DNA of 64,000 bases from Aggregicoccus sp. 17bor-14. GTDB lineage: Bacteria; Myxococcota; Myxococcia; Myxococcales; Myxococcaceae. How positions within the stretch are numbered: the stretch's first letter is position 1; each line of letters begins with the position of its first letter. Below the pieces are notes generated by a model, which was given only the letters and a program-made list of their open reading frames with translations, was not told the DNA's origin and did not search any database. Of this stretch, positions 38,560-47,841 are shown piece after piece. The position numbers and the translations under genes were made by a program. The stretch lies in the NCBI RefSeq assembly GCF_009659535.1, contig NZ_VJZZ01000003.1:316947-380946 (forward strand), given 5' to 3'.

Positions 38560-39375
38560 GTGCGTCACGCTCTCCTGTCCCTGCTTCTCCTCGCCGCCGG
38601 CAGCGCCTCCGCGCAGGCCGACGCGCCTGAGCCTTCCACGGCGCCCGTGTCTCACGACGCGCCCGCGTCGCCCGGGGCGCCCGCGTCGCCGGGGGCTCCC
38701 GCGTCGCCGGGGGCTCCCGCGTCGCCGGGGGCTCCCGCCTCGATCGTCACCCCGCTCTACCCGCTCTGGGAGGGCACGGGCCGGGTGCTCGCGCACCGGC
38801 AGGTGCTGCTGGGCAGCTCCAACCTGGACATCGGCCTCCTGGACCGCGCGCAGGTGGGCGTGCACCCGGTGTCCTTCCTCTTCCGCACGCCCAACGTGCA
38901 CGCGAAGCTGAAGCTGCTGGAGCGCGGGCCGCTGCAGGTGGCGGCGCAGGCGGAGCTCGTGGTGTTCCTGCCGGGCGCGAGCGAGGCCTTCGTCTCGAGC
39001 AACTACGTCTCGCGCCTGGACAACACCGGCCTCACGGTGACGGTGGTGCCGGTGAGCGCGGCGGCGTCCTACGCGGTGACGCCGTGGCTGAACCTGCACG
39101 CGCAAGCGACGCTTGCGGGCATCTTCGACAACGGGCCGCTGAAGGAGCGCGCGGTGCCGGGGCTCACGCTGGTGGCGGAGGCGCTCGCGCTCGAGCACCA
39201 CTCGCTCTTCGCGCACCTGGGCGAGGTGGGCTTCTGGGACCACGACCAGGCGACGGTGGGGCTCAGCTACCGCTACCACCGGGCCTGGTTCGAGCTGCGC
39301 GCGGGCTACGTGTACCGCTTCATGAAGGACGGCACGCAGGGCAGCCCGCTTGTCTCGGTCGGAGCCTTCCTGTGA
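38560..39375 (+). CDS. Secreted protein with (APASPG)n repeat linker; possible outer-membrane beta-barrel
   Basis: GTG at 38560 gives the signal peptide MRHALLSLLLLAAGSASAQA; TTG at 38545 is an alternative. Contains the 18-bp tandem repeat. Confidence 0.5.
   Translation: MRHALLSLLLLAAGSASAQADAPEPSTAPVSHDAPASPGAPASPGAPASPGAPASPGAPASIVTPLYPLWEGTGRVLAHRQVLLGSSNLDIGLLDRAQVGVHPVSFLFRTPNVHAKLKLLERGPLQVAAQAELVVFLPGASEAFVSSNYVSRLDNTGLTVTVVPVSAAASYAVTPWLNLHAQATLAGIFDNGPLKERAVPGLTLVAEALALEHHSLFAHLGEVGFWDHDQATVGLSYRYHRAWFELRAGYVYRFMKDGTQGSPLVSVGAFL
38659..38742 (+). repeat. 18-bp tandem repeat x4.6 (GCGCCCGCGTCGCCGGGG), in frame and coding (APASPG)n
   Basis: Direct reading of the sequence. Confidence 0.8.
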
Positions 39376-40886
39376 GGGCGCCCCTCGCCGCGCTGCTGCT
39401 GCTGCTCGCGCTGCCCTCCTGCGACTGGGAGCACTACGCGCTGATGAACAGCGTGCCGGTCGAGGGAGACCCCTCGCAGAACCCCGTGGTGCACGTGTAC
39501 CTGGGGCTGGACGGCCTGAGCCACCAGGAGGTGGAGCAGGCGCGCGCGCTGGGCGCCTTCGCGGGGCCGGGCTGGAGCCTCGCCCGCCTCATCCCGATGT
39601 TCCCTGCCACCAGCGACGCGAGCTGGACGCGCATGCTGCACGCGCCGCGCTTCAGCGGCTACGAGTTCGGCTACTACGACCCGACGAAGGACAAGGTCTA
39701 CAACAAGGCCGTGGGCGGGCTGCTGGTGCACCTGGTGCCGCCGCTGGAGGGGCTGCCCTTCGACCTGCCCGGCTACGTGCAGGCGCCCGCCTACTACCGG
39801 GCCTTCGACTACCACGCGAGCGCTTACCTCGATGCGCTGTGGAGCTACGACAAGCCGCTGATGAGCTACTACAACGCGCTGGACAACCTCTTCGCCGCGC
39901 TCGCCGGGCACGCGGAGACGCAGTCCACCTTCGCGGGGTACGTGCTCGAGGCGGACGTCATCGGGCACCTGCTCTCCGACCGCGAGGTGGCGCAGTCGCT
40001 GCTCGTGCTCAGCGACCGCATCGAGGACTTCAAGCGCCGCCACCCCGAGCGCACCTTCGTCTTCACGCTCTACGGCGACCACGGCATGGACGGCGTGAAG
40101 AAGCCGCCCGAGGCGGTGGTGGACCTGCGCGACCAGCTGCGCGCGGCGGGCGTCGCCACCGTGGGCTCGCTCGAGGAGGCGGACAAGGTGGGCGGCCCCG
40201 CGGCCATCGCCATCCTGCACACGCGCACCACCTACGTGGCGCTGCACGCGCGGCCCCAGTGGGTGGAGGAGGTGGCGTCGCGCGCCTCCACCTGCCCGGC
40301 CGCGGACCTCGTCTTCGCGCGCACGCAGCCGCATCCCGCTGCGCCCCCGGGGCTGGTGTGGACGGGCGCGTGGCGCGAGGGGAGGCAGGTGGCGCGCTAC
40401 GGCTACGACGCCGCGACGGACCGCTACTGGCTGCCCGCGGACGTGGACTGGGCGGCGCTGGACCTGCCGGTGGCCTTCGCGCCGGGCGAGGACCACGCGT
40501 CCCTCACCGACGAGGCGCTCTTCGCGCTCGCTGCCGAGCGCACCTACCCGGACTTCTTCTTCCGCGCGCGCACCGCCTTCGAGCCGGTGAGCGTGAAGTG
40601 GCCCGCGGACGTCGTCGTGTCCTTCCGCCACCCCTACATGTCCGTGGGCTACCGGGTGCCGGTGGGCGGCGGCAACGACATCGGCACCGAGGGGAGCCAC
40701 GGCGCGATGGACCGACTGGGCAGCACCGGCGCCGTCCTCACCGAGGAGCGCACCCTGCCCTCCACCGTGCGCTCGGACAACCTGCTCGAGCTCTTCCCCC
40801 TGCTCGCGGAGCACGCCGAGGCGAACGGCGTGGAGCTGCAGCCGGGCGCGGTGGGCGCGGAGCTGGACTACGCGCAGCTGCCCTGA
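39372..40886 (+). CDS. Alkaline-phosphatase-superfamily lipoprotein (type I phosphodiesterase / nucleotide pyrophosphatase-like)
   Basis: GTG overlaps the upstream TGA. Lipobox LLALPSC, a candidate nucleophile region FPATSDASWT, and metal-binding FTLYGDHGMD. Confidence 0.65.
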   Translation: MRAPLAALLLLLALPSCDWEHYALMNSVPVEGDPSQNPVVHVYLGLDGLSHQEVEQARALGAFAGPGWSLARLIPMFPATSDASWTRMLHAPRFSGYEFGYYDPTKDKVYNKAVGGLLVHLVPPLEGLPFDLPGYVQAPAYYRAFDYHASAYLDALWSYDKPLMSYYNALDNLFAALAGHAETQSTFAGYVLEADVIGHLLSDREVAQSLLVLSDRIEDFKRRHPERTFVFTLYGDHGMDGVKKPPEAVVDLRDQLRAAGVATVGSLEEADKVGGPAAIAILHTRTTYVALHARPQWVEEVASRASTCPAADLVFARTQPHPAAPPGLVWTGAWREGRQVARYGYDAATDRYWLPADVDWAALDLPVAFAPGEDHASLTDEALFALAAERTYPDFFFRARTAFEPVSVKWPADVVVSFRHPYMSVGYRVPVGGGNDIGTEGSHGAMDRLGSTGAVLTEERTLPSTVRSDNLLELFPLLAEHAEANGVELQPGAVGAELDYAQLP

Positions 40887-40891
40887 GGGGG

Positions 40892-41626
40892 CTAGGGTTC
40901 GAGGGTGAAGCGGGTGTCCGCGCGCTCGCGACCGTCCGCGCCGACGAAGCGCGCGTGCACCTGCAGGGGCCCGGTGAGCCACTGCGCCGTCACCGGCGTG
41001 CTGAAGGACAGGGGCACGTCCGTGCCCGCGGGCACCTCGCGCTCCCCACCCTCCTGGGGGAAGAACTGCAGGGGCTCGGGGCTCTCGCCCACGATGCTCA
41101 GGCGCGCCGCCTCGGGCGCCGTGTAACTCAGTTGCAAGGAGTTCCCCACCGCGCAGCGCAGCGTGCCTCCGGGCGCGGCCTCCGCGAGCACCTGGCCCTG
41201 CGGCGAGACGCAGAAGGCGCGCACGCCCCAGGTGCTCACCGCGGCGCCCCCGCGCGCACCCCACTCGGAGCGCTGCTGCAGCCGCGGCAGCACGACGAAC
41301 ATCGCGAGCCCCGCGCACGCGACCACCGGCACCGCGACGCGCAGCCAGGTGGGCATGCGCCAGGGCGCGCGCGCCGGCGCCGGCTGCGGGCGCGGCTGCT
41401 GCTGGGCGAGGCGCTGCATCAGGGCGTGCTCGAGCCCGGCCTCCCGCGCGCGCGGCAGGGCGCGGCGCTCCAGCACCTGCTCCACGCGGCCCTGCGCGTC
41501 GTAGCGGGCGCGGCACTCGGCGCACGCGGCCACGTGCTCGCGCAGGCGCGCGTGGGCCCCGGGCTCGAGCGTGCCCAGGAACAGGGCCTCCAGCGCCTCG
41601 TGCGCCTGTGTGTCCTGACAGCTCAT
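40892..41626 (-). CDS. Anti-sigma factor, zinc-binding (H-x3-C-x2-C) with periplasmic domain
   Basis: MSCQDT...HVAACAECRARY and a single TM segment. Its ATG overlaps the TGA of the upstream ECF sigma gene (ATGA). GTG at 41656 is an alternative start. Confidence 0.65.
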   Translation of the reverse strand: MSCQDTQAHEALEALFLGTLEPGAHARLREHVAACAECRARYDAQGRVEQVLERRALPRAREAGLEHALMQRLAQQQPRPQPAPARAPWRMPTWLRVAVPVVACAGLAMFVVLPRLQQRSEWGARGGAAVSTWGVRAFCVSPQGQVLAEAAPGGTLRCAVGNSLQLSYTAPEAARLSIVGESPEPLQFFPQEGGEREVPAGTDVPLSFSTPVTAQWLTGPLQVHARFVGADGRERADTRFTLEP

Positions 41627-42255
41627 GAGCCCTCGGTTCTCCTCAGGAAGCTCCACCCGCGCGCCACCAGCCCCTTCAGGTAGCCGCGCCGCTGCAGGAA
41701 GTGCAGCAGCTCGCGCTTGAGCGCGAACTCGCGCCGGCGCACCTGGATGCGGGTGAGCCCCAGGCTCTCCGCCGCCCGCTCCTGCGGCAGCTCCTCCACG
41801 AACCTCAATGCGTACAGCCGCTGCTCCTCGCTCGGGCGCCCCTCGAGGAACTCGCGCAGGAGCCCCTCCACCTCCCGGTCCTCCACCGCCTGCGCGAGAT
41901 CTCCCTCCGGCGGCGCGCCGCCGGAGGCCTCTTCCTCGGGACTGAGGCCCACGGCGAGCTCTCGCTCGCGCGAGCGCTCGAGCATCACGATGCGCGCGAT
42001 CCCCATGAGGTACGCCCCGTACGGCCGCTCGCCGTCATAGGCGCTCCGCGCGCGCGGCTCGAAGGCCCGGCTGAACACCTCCAGCACCATGTTCTCCAGC
42101 TCCGAGGGAGCCCGCAGCCGCTCGAAGCCGCGCCCCTGGAAGGCCGCCGAGCGCAGGCTGCGCGCGAGCGGCTCCGCATGTGTGCGGAACACCTCCTCGA
42201 GCGCCGGCTGCTCGCCTGCTCGGAAGCGCTCCAGGAGGTGGCTGTCCCACGGCAT
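41623..42255 (-). CDS. ECF (sigma-70 family group IV) RNA polymerase sigma factor
   Basis: Region 2 and region 4 patterns (YLMGIARIV..., LPQERAAESLGLTRIQVRRREFALKRE). Confidence 0.8.
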   Translation of the reverse strand: MPWDSHLLERFRAGEQPALEEVFRTHAEPLARSLRSAAFQGRGFERLRAPSELENMVLEVFSRAFEPRARSAYDGERPYGAYLMGIARIVMLERSRERELAVGLSPEEEASGGAPPEGDLAQAVEDREVEGLLREFLEGRPSEEQRLYALRFVEELPQERAAESLGLTRIQVRRREFALKRELLHFLQRRGYLKGLVARGWSFLRRTEGS

Positions 42256-42311
42256 TGCCCTCCACTTAACTCCGCTCTCCCCATCCCCGTCATCCCTTCC
42301 TTGTCGGAAGG

Positions 42312-43631
42312 GTGCGAGGGTGGATCGTCCCGCGCGGGCCGTGGCAGCATTGCGTCCGCTTGCGCCCCGTAACCTCTCCCCGACGCCTGCTCCCCGCGCT
42401 CGCTGTCCTGCTCCTGCTGGGCACCGCTGCCTCCGCCCAGGAGCGCGTGAGCTATGCGCTCATCGTGGCGAACAACGCGAGCCTCGACCCCGCGCGCCCC
42501 GCGCTGCGCTACGCGGACGACGACGGGGCGCGCTACTTCGAGCTCTTCGAGCCGCGCTCGCGCGAGGTGCTGCTGCTCAGCGTTCTCGACGACGAGACCC
42601 AGCGCCACCACCCGGGGCTCGCCGCGCGCACCCGACCGCCCACCCGCGCCGCGCTGAAGGAGGCGCTCGCGCACCTGCAGAGCCGCATGAAGGAGGACCG
42701 CGCGCAGGGCAAGAGCCCCGAGCTCTTCTTCGTCTTCACCGGCCACGGCCAGCGCGGCGCCGCAGGCGAGGGCAGCGTGAGCCTGCTGGACGGCCCCTTC
42801 ACCCGCACGGACCTCTTCCAGCAGGTCATCGCCCCCAGCGCCGCGAGCTTCCTGCACCTCATCGTGGACGCGTGCGACTCGTACTACTTCGTCAACTCGC
42901 GCGGCGGCAGCCTCCCCGTCGGCCCCAGCCAGGCGGCGGCCGTGACGGCGCAGCTCGCGTCGCGAGACCTCGCGCGCTACCCGCAGGTGGGGGCGGTGCT
43001 CAGCACCACGCGCGAGCAGGAGAGCCACGAGTGGAGCGCGCTGCAGGCCGGCGTCTTCAGCCACCAGGTGCGCTCGGCGCTCGCGGGCGCGGCGGACGTG
43101 AACGGGGACGGCCGCGTGGAGTACTCGGAGCTGCGCGCCTTCCTCGCCGCCGCGAACCAGGGCGTGGAGGACGTGCGCGGCCGCGTGGACGTGTTCACCC
43201 AGGCGCCCGCGCTGGACCGCTCGGCGCCCCTCGCCGACCTGCGCCGCCCCTCCCGCGAGGCCTTCCTGCTCTTGCCCGCGGGCCTCGAGGGCCGGCTGTG
43301 GGTGGAGGATGCGCGCGGCGTGCGCCGCCTGGACGTGAACAAGGAGCGAGAGCGTCCCATGGCGCTCGCGCTGCCTCCCGGCGGGCCCTACTTCCTGCGC
43401 GGTGCGACGCGCGAGGCGCGCTTCAGCCTCGCCTCCGCGGGCAGCGTCGTGGACGCGCAGGCGCTCACCTGGAGCGAGACCGCGCTCGCCGCGCGCGGCC
43501 CCGTGCAGGAGGCCTTCCGCGAGCGCCTCTTCGCGGTCCCCTTCGGTCCGCGCTTCTACGCAGGCTTCATGGCTGGCCAGCCCGAGGCCCCGGTGAGCTT
43601 CGCCGAGCTCTCCCCTGACCTCTCTCCCTGA
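42312..43631 (+). CDS. Secreted caspase-like (peptidase C14 fold) protein with canonical EF-hand Ca-binding loop
   Basis: His-Cys dyad context FFVFTGHG ... LIVDACDS, and the EF-hand loop DVNGDGRVEYSE. Signal peptide LLPALAVLLLLGTAASA. Start could be GTG at 42312 or TTG at 42360. Confidence 0.65.
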   Translation: MRGWIVPRGPWQHCVRLRPVTSPRRLLPALAVLLLLGTAASAQERVSYALIVANNASLDPARPALRYADDDGARYFELFEPRSREVLLLSVLDDETQRHHPGLAARTRPPTRAALKEALAHLQSRMKEDRAQGKSPELFFVFTGHGQRGAAGEGSVSLLDGPFTRTDLFQQVIAPSAASFLHLIVDACDSYYFVNSRGGSLPVGPSQAAAVTAQLASRDLARYPQVGAVLSTTREQESHEWSALQAGVFSHQVRSALAGAADVNGDGRVEYSELRAFLAAANQGVEDVRGRVDVFTQAPALDRSAPLADLRRPSREAFLLLPAGLEGRLWVEDARGVRRLDVNKERERPMALALPPGGPYFLRGATREARFSLASAGSVVDAQALTWSETALAARGPVQEAFRERLFAVPFGPRFYAGFMAGQPEAPVSFAELSPDLSP

Positions 43632-44344
43632 TGCTGCTCCTGCCCCTGCTCGCGGCCACGCTCGCCGCCTCCGCCGCGCCCTGCCCGGGAGAGACGGTCG
43701 CCCTGCTGCCGCTGGAGCCGCTCGCCCTCTCGCGCGCCGAGGCCCGCGAGGCCGAGGAGGCCGTGCGTCGTGCGCTCGCCGCCACCCCGGGCATCTGCCT
43801 GCAGCCGCGCGCCCAGACGCTCGCGCGGCTCGGAGGCCAGGTGCCCCCGGCGTGCGAGGAGCGGGCGTGCGCGAGGCCGCAGCTGGAGGCGCTCGGGGCG
43901 CGCTGGCTCGTGCGCGGCACCGTGCTGGGGGTGGGCGGCAAGCAGGCCTCCTCGCTCGCGCTCGTGGGTGCACAGGGGCGGGTCGCGAGCCGCTCGGTGG
44001 CCCCCGCGGACCCGCAGCTCGGCGCGGAAGTGGCCGCGCTGTGGGGTGCGCGGGGCACGGCGCCCGTCGTGGTCCGCAAGAGGAGCCCCTGGCCCACGGT
44101 GACGCTCGCCGCGGGCGGTGCGGCGCTCGCGAGCGGCGTGGTGATGGGGCTGCTCGCCCACGGCAGCGAGCGCAAGGTCGAGCGCGCGGACCTCTGTGCG
44201 CAGGCGGGCGCGGACTACGGCACGTGCCTCGAGCGCGAGCTCGCGAGCGGCCAGCGCAAGGCCCGCACGGCGAACGTGCTGCTGGGCGCGGGCGCGCTGC
44301 TCACGGCAGGGGGTGGGCTGTGGCTCGCGTGGGAGCTGCCATGA
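43631..44344 (+). CDS. Secreted hypothetical protein with C-terminal TM anchor, coupled to the caspase-like gene
   Basis: ATG overlaps the upstream TGA (TGATG). Signal peptide, paired Cys, and a C-terminal hydrophobic helix. Confidence 0.5.
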   Translation: MLLLPLLAATLAASAAPCPGETVALLPLEPLALSRAEAREAEEAVRRALAATPGICLQPRAQTLARLGGQVPPACEERACARPQLEALGARWLVRGTVLGVGGKQASSLALVGAQGRVASRSVAPADPQLGAEVAALWGARGTAPVVVRKRSPWPTVTLAAGGAALASGVVMGLLAHGSERKVERADLCAQAGADYGTCLERELASGQRKARTANVLLGAGALLTAGGGLWLAWELP

Positions 44345-45363
44345 GGGCGCTGCTGCTCCTGAGCGCGGGCCTGTTGGCTGCGTGCAGCTTCCAGCCGGAC
44401 CTCTCGCGCTTCGCGGCCTGCGGCGAGGGCGACACCTGTGCGGCGGGCTTTCGCTGCCTCGCAGCCGAGCAGCGCTGCGTGCCCGAGTGCGTGGGCGAGG
44501 GCTGCGCCGCGCCCGGGCCGGACGGGGGTGCGCCGGATGGTGGCGAGGCGCTCGCGCTGGTCACGCCCGCCCTCCCGGCTGCGGTCGAGGACACGCCGTA
44601 CTCGCAGACCCTCGAGGCCGATGGCGGGGTGGCGCCCTATAGCTTCCGTCCGATGGGCGTGCTGCCCGCGGGCCTCTCCCTCAGTGACGCGGGCGTGCTG
44701 TCCGGTACGCTCGCGGCCGACGCGGGAACCTACGCCGTGGCAGTGGAGGTGGCGGACGAGGCCCGGCCGCCCGCGACGGCGCACCGCGAGCTCTCCCTGG
44801 AGGTACGTCCCCGCCTGCGGCTCGCGGGCCCCGGCGAGCTGACGCAGGCGCGCGAAGGGCGGGCGTACACGGAGCAGCTCTCGAGCACGGGCGGCGACGG
44901 ACGCTTCCACTATGCGCTCGCGGCCGGCAGCCTCCCCGCGGGGCTGACCCTTGCCGACGACGGCCCGATCACGGGCACCGCGGGCAACTCCGCCGAGGGC
45001 ACCTACGCCTTCACCGTGCGCGTCAACGACGAGGCCGTGCCACCGCAGAGCGTCCAGCGCGCGCTCGAGCTGACGGTCGCGGCGTCGGGGCTCACGGGGC
45101 CTTCGCTCGGCATCACCACGCGCTCGGTACCGGAGGCACGCGTCGGGACACCGTACCTCTACCAGCTGCGCTACGAGGGCGGCACCGGCAGCGTGACGTG
45201 GCGCTTCAGTGGCGGCGCCCTTCCGGACGGCATCACCTTCGACGTGGCGACGGGGGTGCTGTCGGGCACACCGACCCAGCGCGCCTCCCCGCAGTTCTTC
45301 GTCGAGGTGAGTGACGGTCTCGGGACGACGGACCAGCGCGGCTTCTCCCTCGTCGTCCGCTGA
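44341..45363 (+). CDS. Lipoprotein with tandem putative Ig-like (He_PIG / cadherin-like) domains
   Basis: ATGA overlap with the upstream gene. Lipobox LLAACS, and a repeated ~90-aa ...Y..QL...GG..PY.F......LPAGL.L....G.ISGT pattern x3. Confidence 0.6.
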   Translation: MRALLLLSAGLLAACSFQPDLSRFAACGEGDTCAAGFRCLAAEQRCVPECVGEGCAAPGPDGGAPDGGEALALVTPALPAAVEDTPYSQTLEADGGVAPYSFRPMGVLPAGLSLSDAGVLSGTLAADAGTYAVAVEVADEARPPATAHRELSLEVRPRLRLAGPGELTQAREGRAYTEQLSSTGGDGRFHYALAAGSLPAGLTLADDGPITGTAGNSAEGTYAFTVRVNDEAVPPQSVQRALELTVAASGLTGPSLGITTRSVPEARVGTPYLYQLRYEGGTGSVTWRFSGGALPDGITFDVATGVLSGTPTQRASPQFFVEVSDGLGTTDQRGFSLVVR

Positions 45364-45540
45364 GTGGACCGGCGAGCGCCTCGGTCGAGCCGTGCAGAGC
45401 TCGGGCGTAACAGGCAGGTGGGAAGCCGGGACGGGACGGTTCCTGTCGCCCTCGCCCAGCGCGTCGGGGCGCCGCCCTGCGAGGCGCTCCGGGGAGGCGC
45501 CAGCGGGGGGTGTCGGGCCGAGTGCTGTGCGGTCCTAACT

Positions 45541-45577
45541 ACAAACCTCGGGGGTTTTCAGAAGTCCCGAGGTTTGT
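45541..45577 (+). terminator. Perfect 12-bp-stem hairpin (ACAAACCTCGGG / CCCGAGGTTTGT, 13-nt loop) in a 630-bp lower-GC intergenic region; candidate terminator or sRNA element
   Basis: Direct reading of the sequence. About 180 nt downstream of the Ig-lipoprotein stop, with no U tract. Confidence 0.35.
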
Positions 45578-45994
45578 CGGCGCTCTCAATCGGTGAACGC
45601 ACCAACCTGCCCCCGTCCAACCCGCACGCGCGTGCTTTTCGGTGAAGCGAAGCACGGGCCCCTTGAGGCGCCTCGCCGTCCCTGCCGCAAGTGGGTCCTC
45701 ACCGAGGCTCCCCGGAGCGCCGCGCGGGCCGGCGCCCGGGTGCGCTCGGCGCAGACGAGGCGCTTCCGTCCCATCCGGCTTTCGCTCCGAGCGCTGTGAC
45801 GTGCCGGGCTCGACGGGGCACACGGACTTCACGCTCGACGTTCGCCGAGCGAGCAGCCGATGTCCCGTGCCGGCTCGGCTGCTCCACGCGATGGCTCCGC
45901 TGAGCGTGCGCAGGGGCTGTCGATCTTTCCCACGTGTGTTCGTCGCCTCAAGACCGGACTGGACACTCCGCCCCGCCATCCACAGGAGCATGTG

Positions 45995-46555
45995 ATGCAA
46001 CCCCTTCGGTACTCGATCAACGTCACCCTGGACGGGTGCTGCGCGCACGACACGATCATCCCGGACGAAGATCTGCATCACCACGCGGCCGAGGGCATCG
46101 CCCGGGCCGACTCCATGCTCCTGGGACGGGTGACCTACGAGATGATGGAGTCGGCGTGGCGAGCGCCGGCCCAGACGGGCGTGCGGCCCGACTGGATGGA
46201 GCCCTGGATGCTGCCCTTCGCGCGCACGATCGACGCGGTGAAGAAGTACGTCGTGTCGAGCTCCCTGGAGAGCGTGGACTGGAACGCGGAGCTCGTGCGT
46301 GGAGACCTCGCGCAGGCCGTCCAGCGGCTCAAGCAACAGCCGGGAAGGGGCATCGCCCTGGGCGGCGTGAAGCTCCCGCTCGCGCTGGCGGAACTGGGCT
46401 TGATCGACGAGTACGAGCTCATCGTGCATCCCAGGCTCGTGGGCCGTGGGCCGACCCTGTTCGCGGGAATCTCGCGACCGGTGGACCTGAAGCTCGTGAG
46501 CCGGCGCGAGCTCGCTTCCGGGGCGGTGGCGCTGCGCTATGAGCTGAAGCGCTAG
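45995..46555 (+). CDS. Dihydrofolate-reductase-like family protein (RibD C-terminal domain type)
   Basis: CAGGAG RBS 6 nt before the ATG. MQPLRYSINVTLDGCCAHD ... LIDEYELIVHP is typical of RibD_C / YwjB-like proteins. Confidence 0.7.
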   Translation: MQPLRYSINVTLDGCCAHDTIIPDEDLHHHAAEGIARADSMLLGRVTYEMMESAWRAPAQTGVRPDWMEPWMLPFARTIDAVKKYVVSSSLESVDWNAELVRGDLAQAVQRLKQQPGRGIALGGVKLPLALAELGLIDEYELIVHPRLVGRGPTLFAGISRPVDLKLVSRRELASGAVALRYELKR

Positions 46556-46566
46556 CCAGACCGCGC

Positions 46567-47685
46567 TCAGGGATTGCGGTAGCAGGTGGTGTCCGCGCGC
46601 CAGTCCACGGGCGTGCCCGGCTCCACCACCTCGAAGTCCGTGACCTTCAGCGCGCTGAGCGAGCGGTTGTTCACGTTGAGCGAGGCCCACGTGTGCTGGG
46701 CGAAGCGGTCGCTCGCGAGCGTGAGCGGGAGGTTGCCGCCGTCAGAGAGGAACATGCCGTAGCGCTTGAGGGCGCGCGCGAGCACCCGGGCACCCTCGCT
46801 CGGCAGCTGCGCTTCCTCGTAGGAGGCCTTGAGCCGCAGGCGCACGCCGTACGGCGGCAGCGAGGCGCCGCCGCTCGTGGCGAAGGTGGAGTGCGTGGCA
46901 GGGGCCACGTAGATGCCGCGGCGGATGCGCTCGTTGGGGAGGATGAAGCGCAGCGCATGCCGGACCTCTCCCGCTGCGACCTCGTCCGCGGTCGCGAGCA
47001 TCGCGGTGAGCGGGAAGCCCGCGCCGTCCGCCGAGGAGCAGCCCTTGCCGCGCAGCGTGTCGCCATACGCGCGGCTGAGGTCCCACACCGCCGTGCAGCC
47101 TCCGAGGAGGCGGCCGCCGCTCAGGTCCGCGCGCCACATCTCGTAGAGCCGGTGCGCTGCCGGGTCCACGACGAGCAGGTGGCAGTCCCCGTCGCTCGTG
47201 CACGCGTAGCCGCTCTCCCCTTCCAGCGCGCCACCGCTCGGCAGCGGCACCTGCACCTCGTCGCAGTCGGGACGGTAGAACTCGGCGAGGTCCGGGTCTC
47301 CGAGCTCCGCCTGCGCCCACGCGTCGTCCTTCGGCGTGAAGCTGCGGTGCGGCGTGCTCGCGTCCGCGCGCAGCACCACGGGGCTGAAGTCGGTGCGGAA
47401 GTCCCCCGTGCCCCACCCGCCCGCGGCCTGCAGGGCGTTGATGATCGTGTCCGACTGCGCCGCCTTCGCCACGGCGCTCACGTCGCGCGTCCAGGGCATC
47501 GGCTGCGTGAAGAGCGCCGACGAGGTTCCACCCGGTGAGGGCCCACCGTCCGGTGAGCCGCCGCCCACCACGCTCCCGTCGGGCCCGCCCTCCCCGGTGT
47601 CATCCGGAGGCGGCGTCGAGCTTCCGCCACTGCAGGCGGAGCCGAGGACGAGGAGCAACAGGACAAGGAGCGCACGGACGGACAT
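46567..47685 (-). CDS. Hypothetical secreted lipoprotein (lipobox LVLGSAC) with Gly/Pro-rich linker
   Basis: Signal peptide MSVRALLVLLLLVLGSAC. The ORF may start at 47700. Confidence 0.55.
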   Translation of the reverse strand: MSVRALLVLLLLVLGSACSGGSSTPPPDDTGEGGPDGSVVGGGSPDGGPSPGGTSSALFTQPMPWTRDVSAVAKAAQSDTIINALQAAGGWGTGDFRTDFSPVVLRADASTPHRSFTPKDDAWAQAELGDPDLAEFYRPDCDEVQVPLPSGGALEGESGYACTSDGDCHLLVVDPAAHRLYEMWRADLSGGRLLGGCTAVWDLSRAYGDTLRGKGCSSADGAGFPLTAMLATADEVAAGEVRHALRFILPNERIRRGIYVAPATHSTFATSGGASLPPYGVRLRLKASYEEAQLPSEGARVLARALKRYGMFLSDGGNLPLTLASDRFAQHTWASLNVNNRSLSALKVTDFEVVEPGTPVDWRADTTCYRNP

Positions 47686-47841
47686 GCGTCGGAGAAACAC
47701 CCATCCGGCCTACCCGTGCAATCCGCAAAGGGACGGAGGGAGACCTGTCCCCGGAGGTGGCCCTCGTCCGCCTGCCCGCAGTGGGCTGCGCTCCGCACAG
47801 TGCTGCCCTAGCTTTGCAGCAAGCTCGAACGGAGGCGCACG

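Noticed and set aside
45364-45994. Several 60-120-aa ORFs on both strands in the long intergenic region
   Set aside because: Mutually overlapping, no RBS, and atypical composition. Treated as non-coding; see the hairpin finding.
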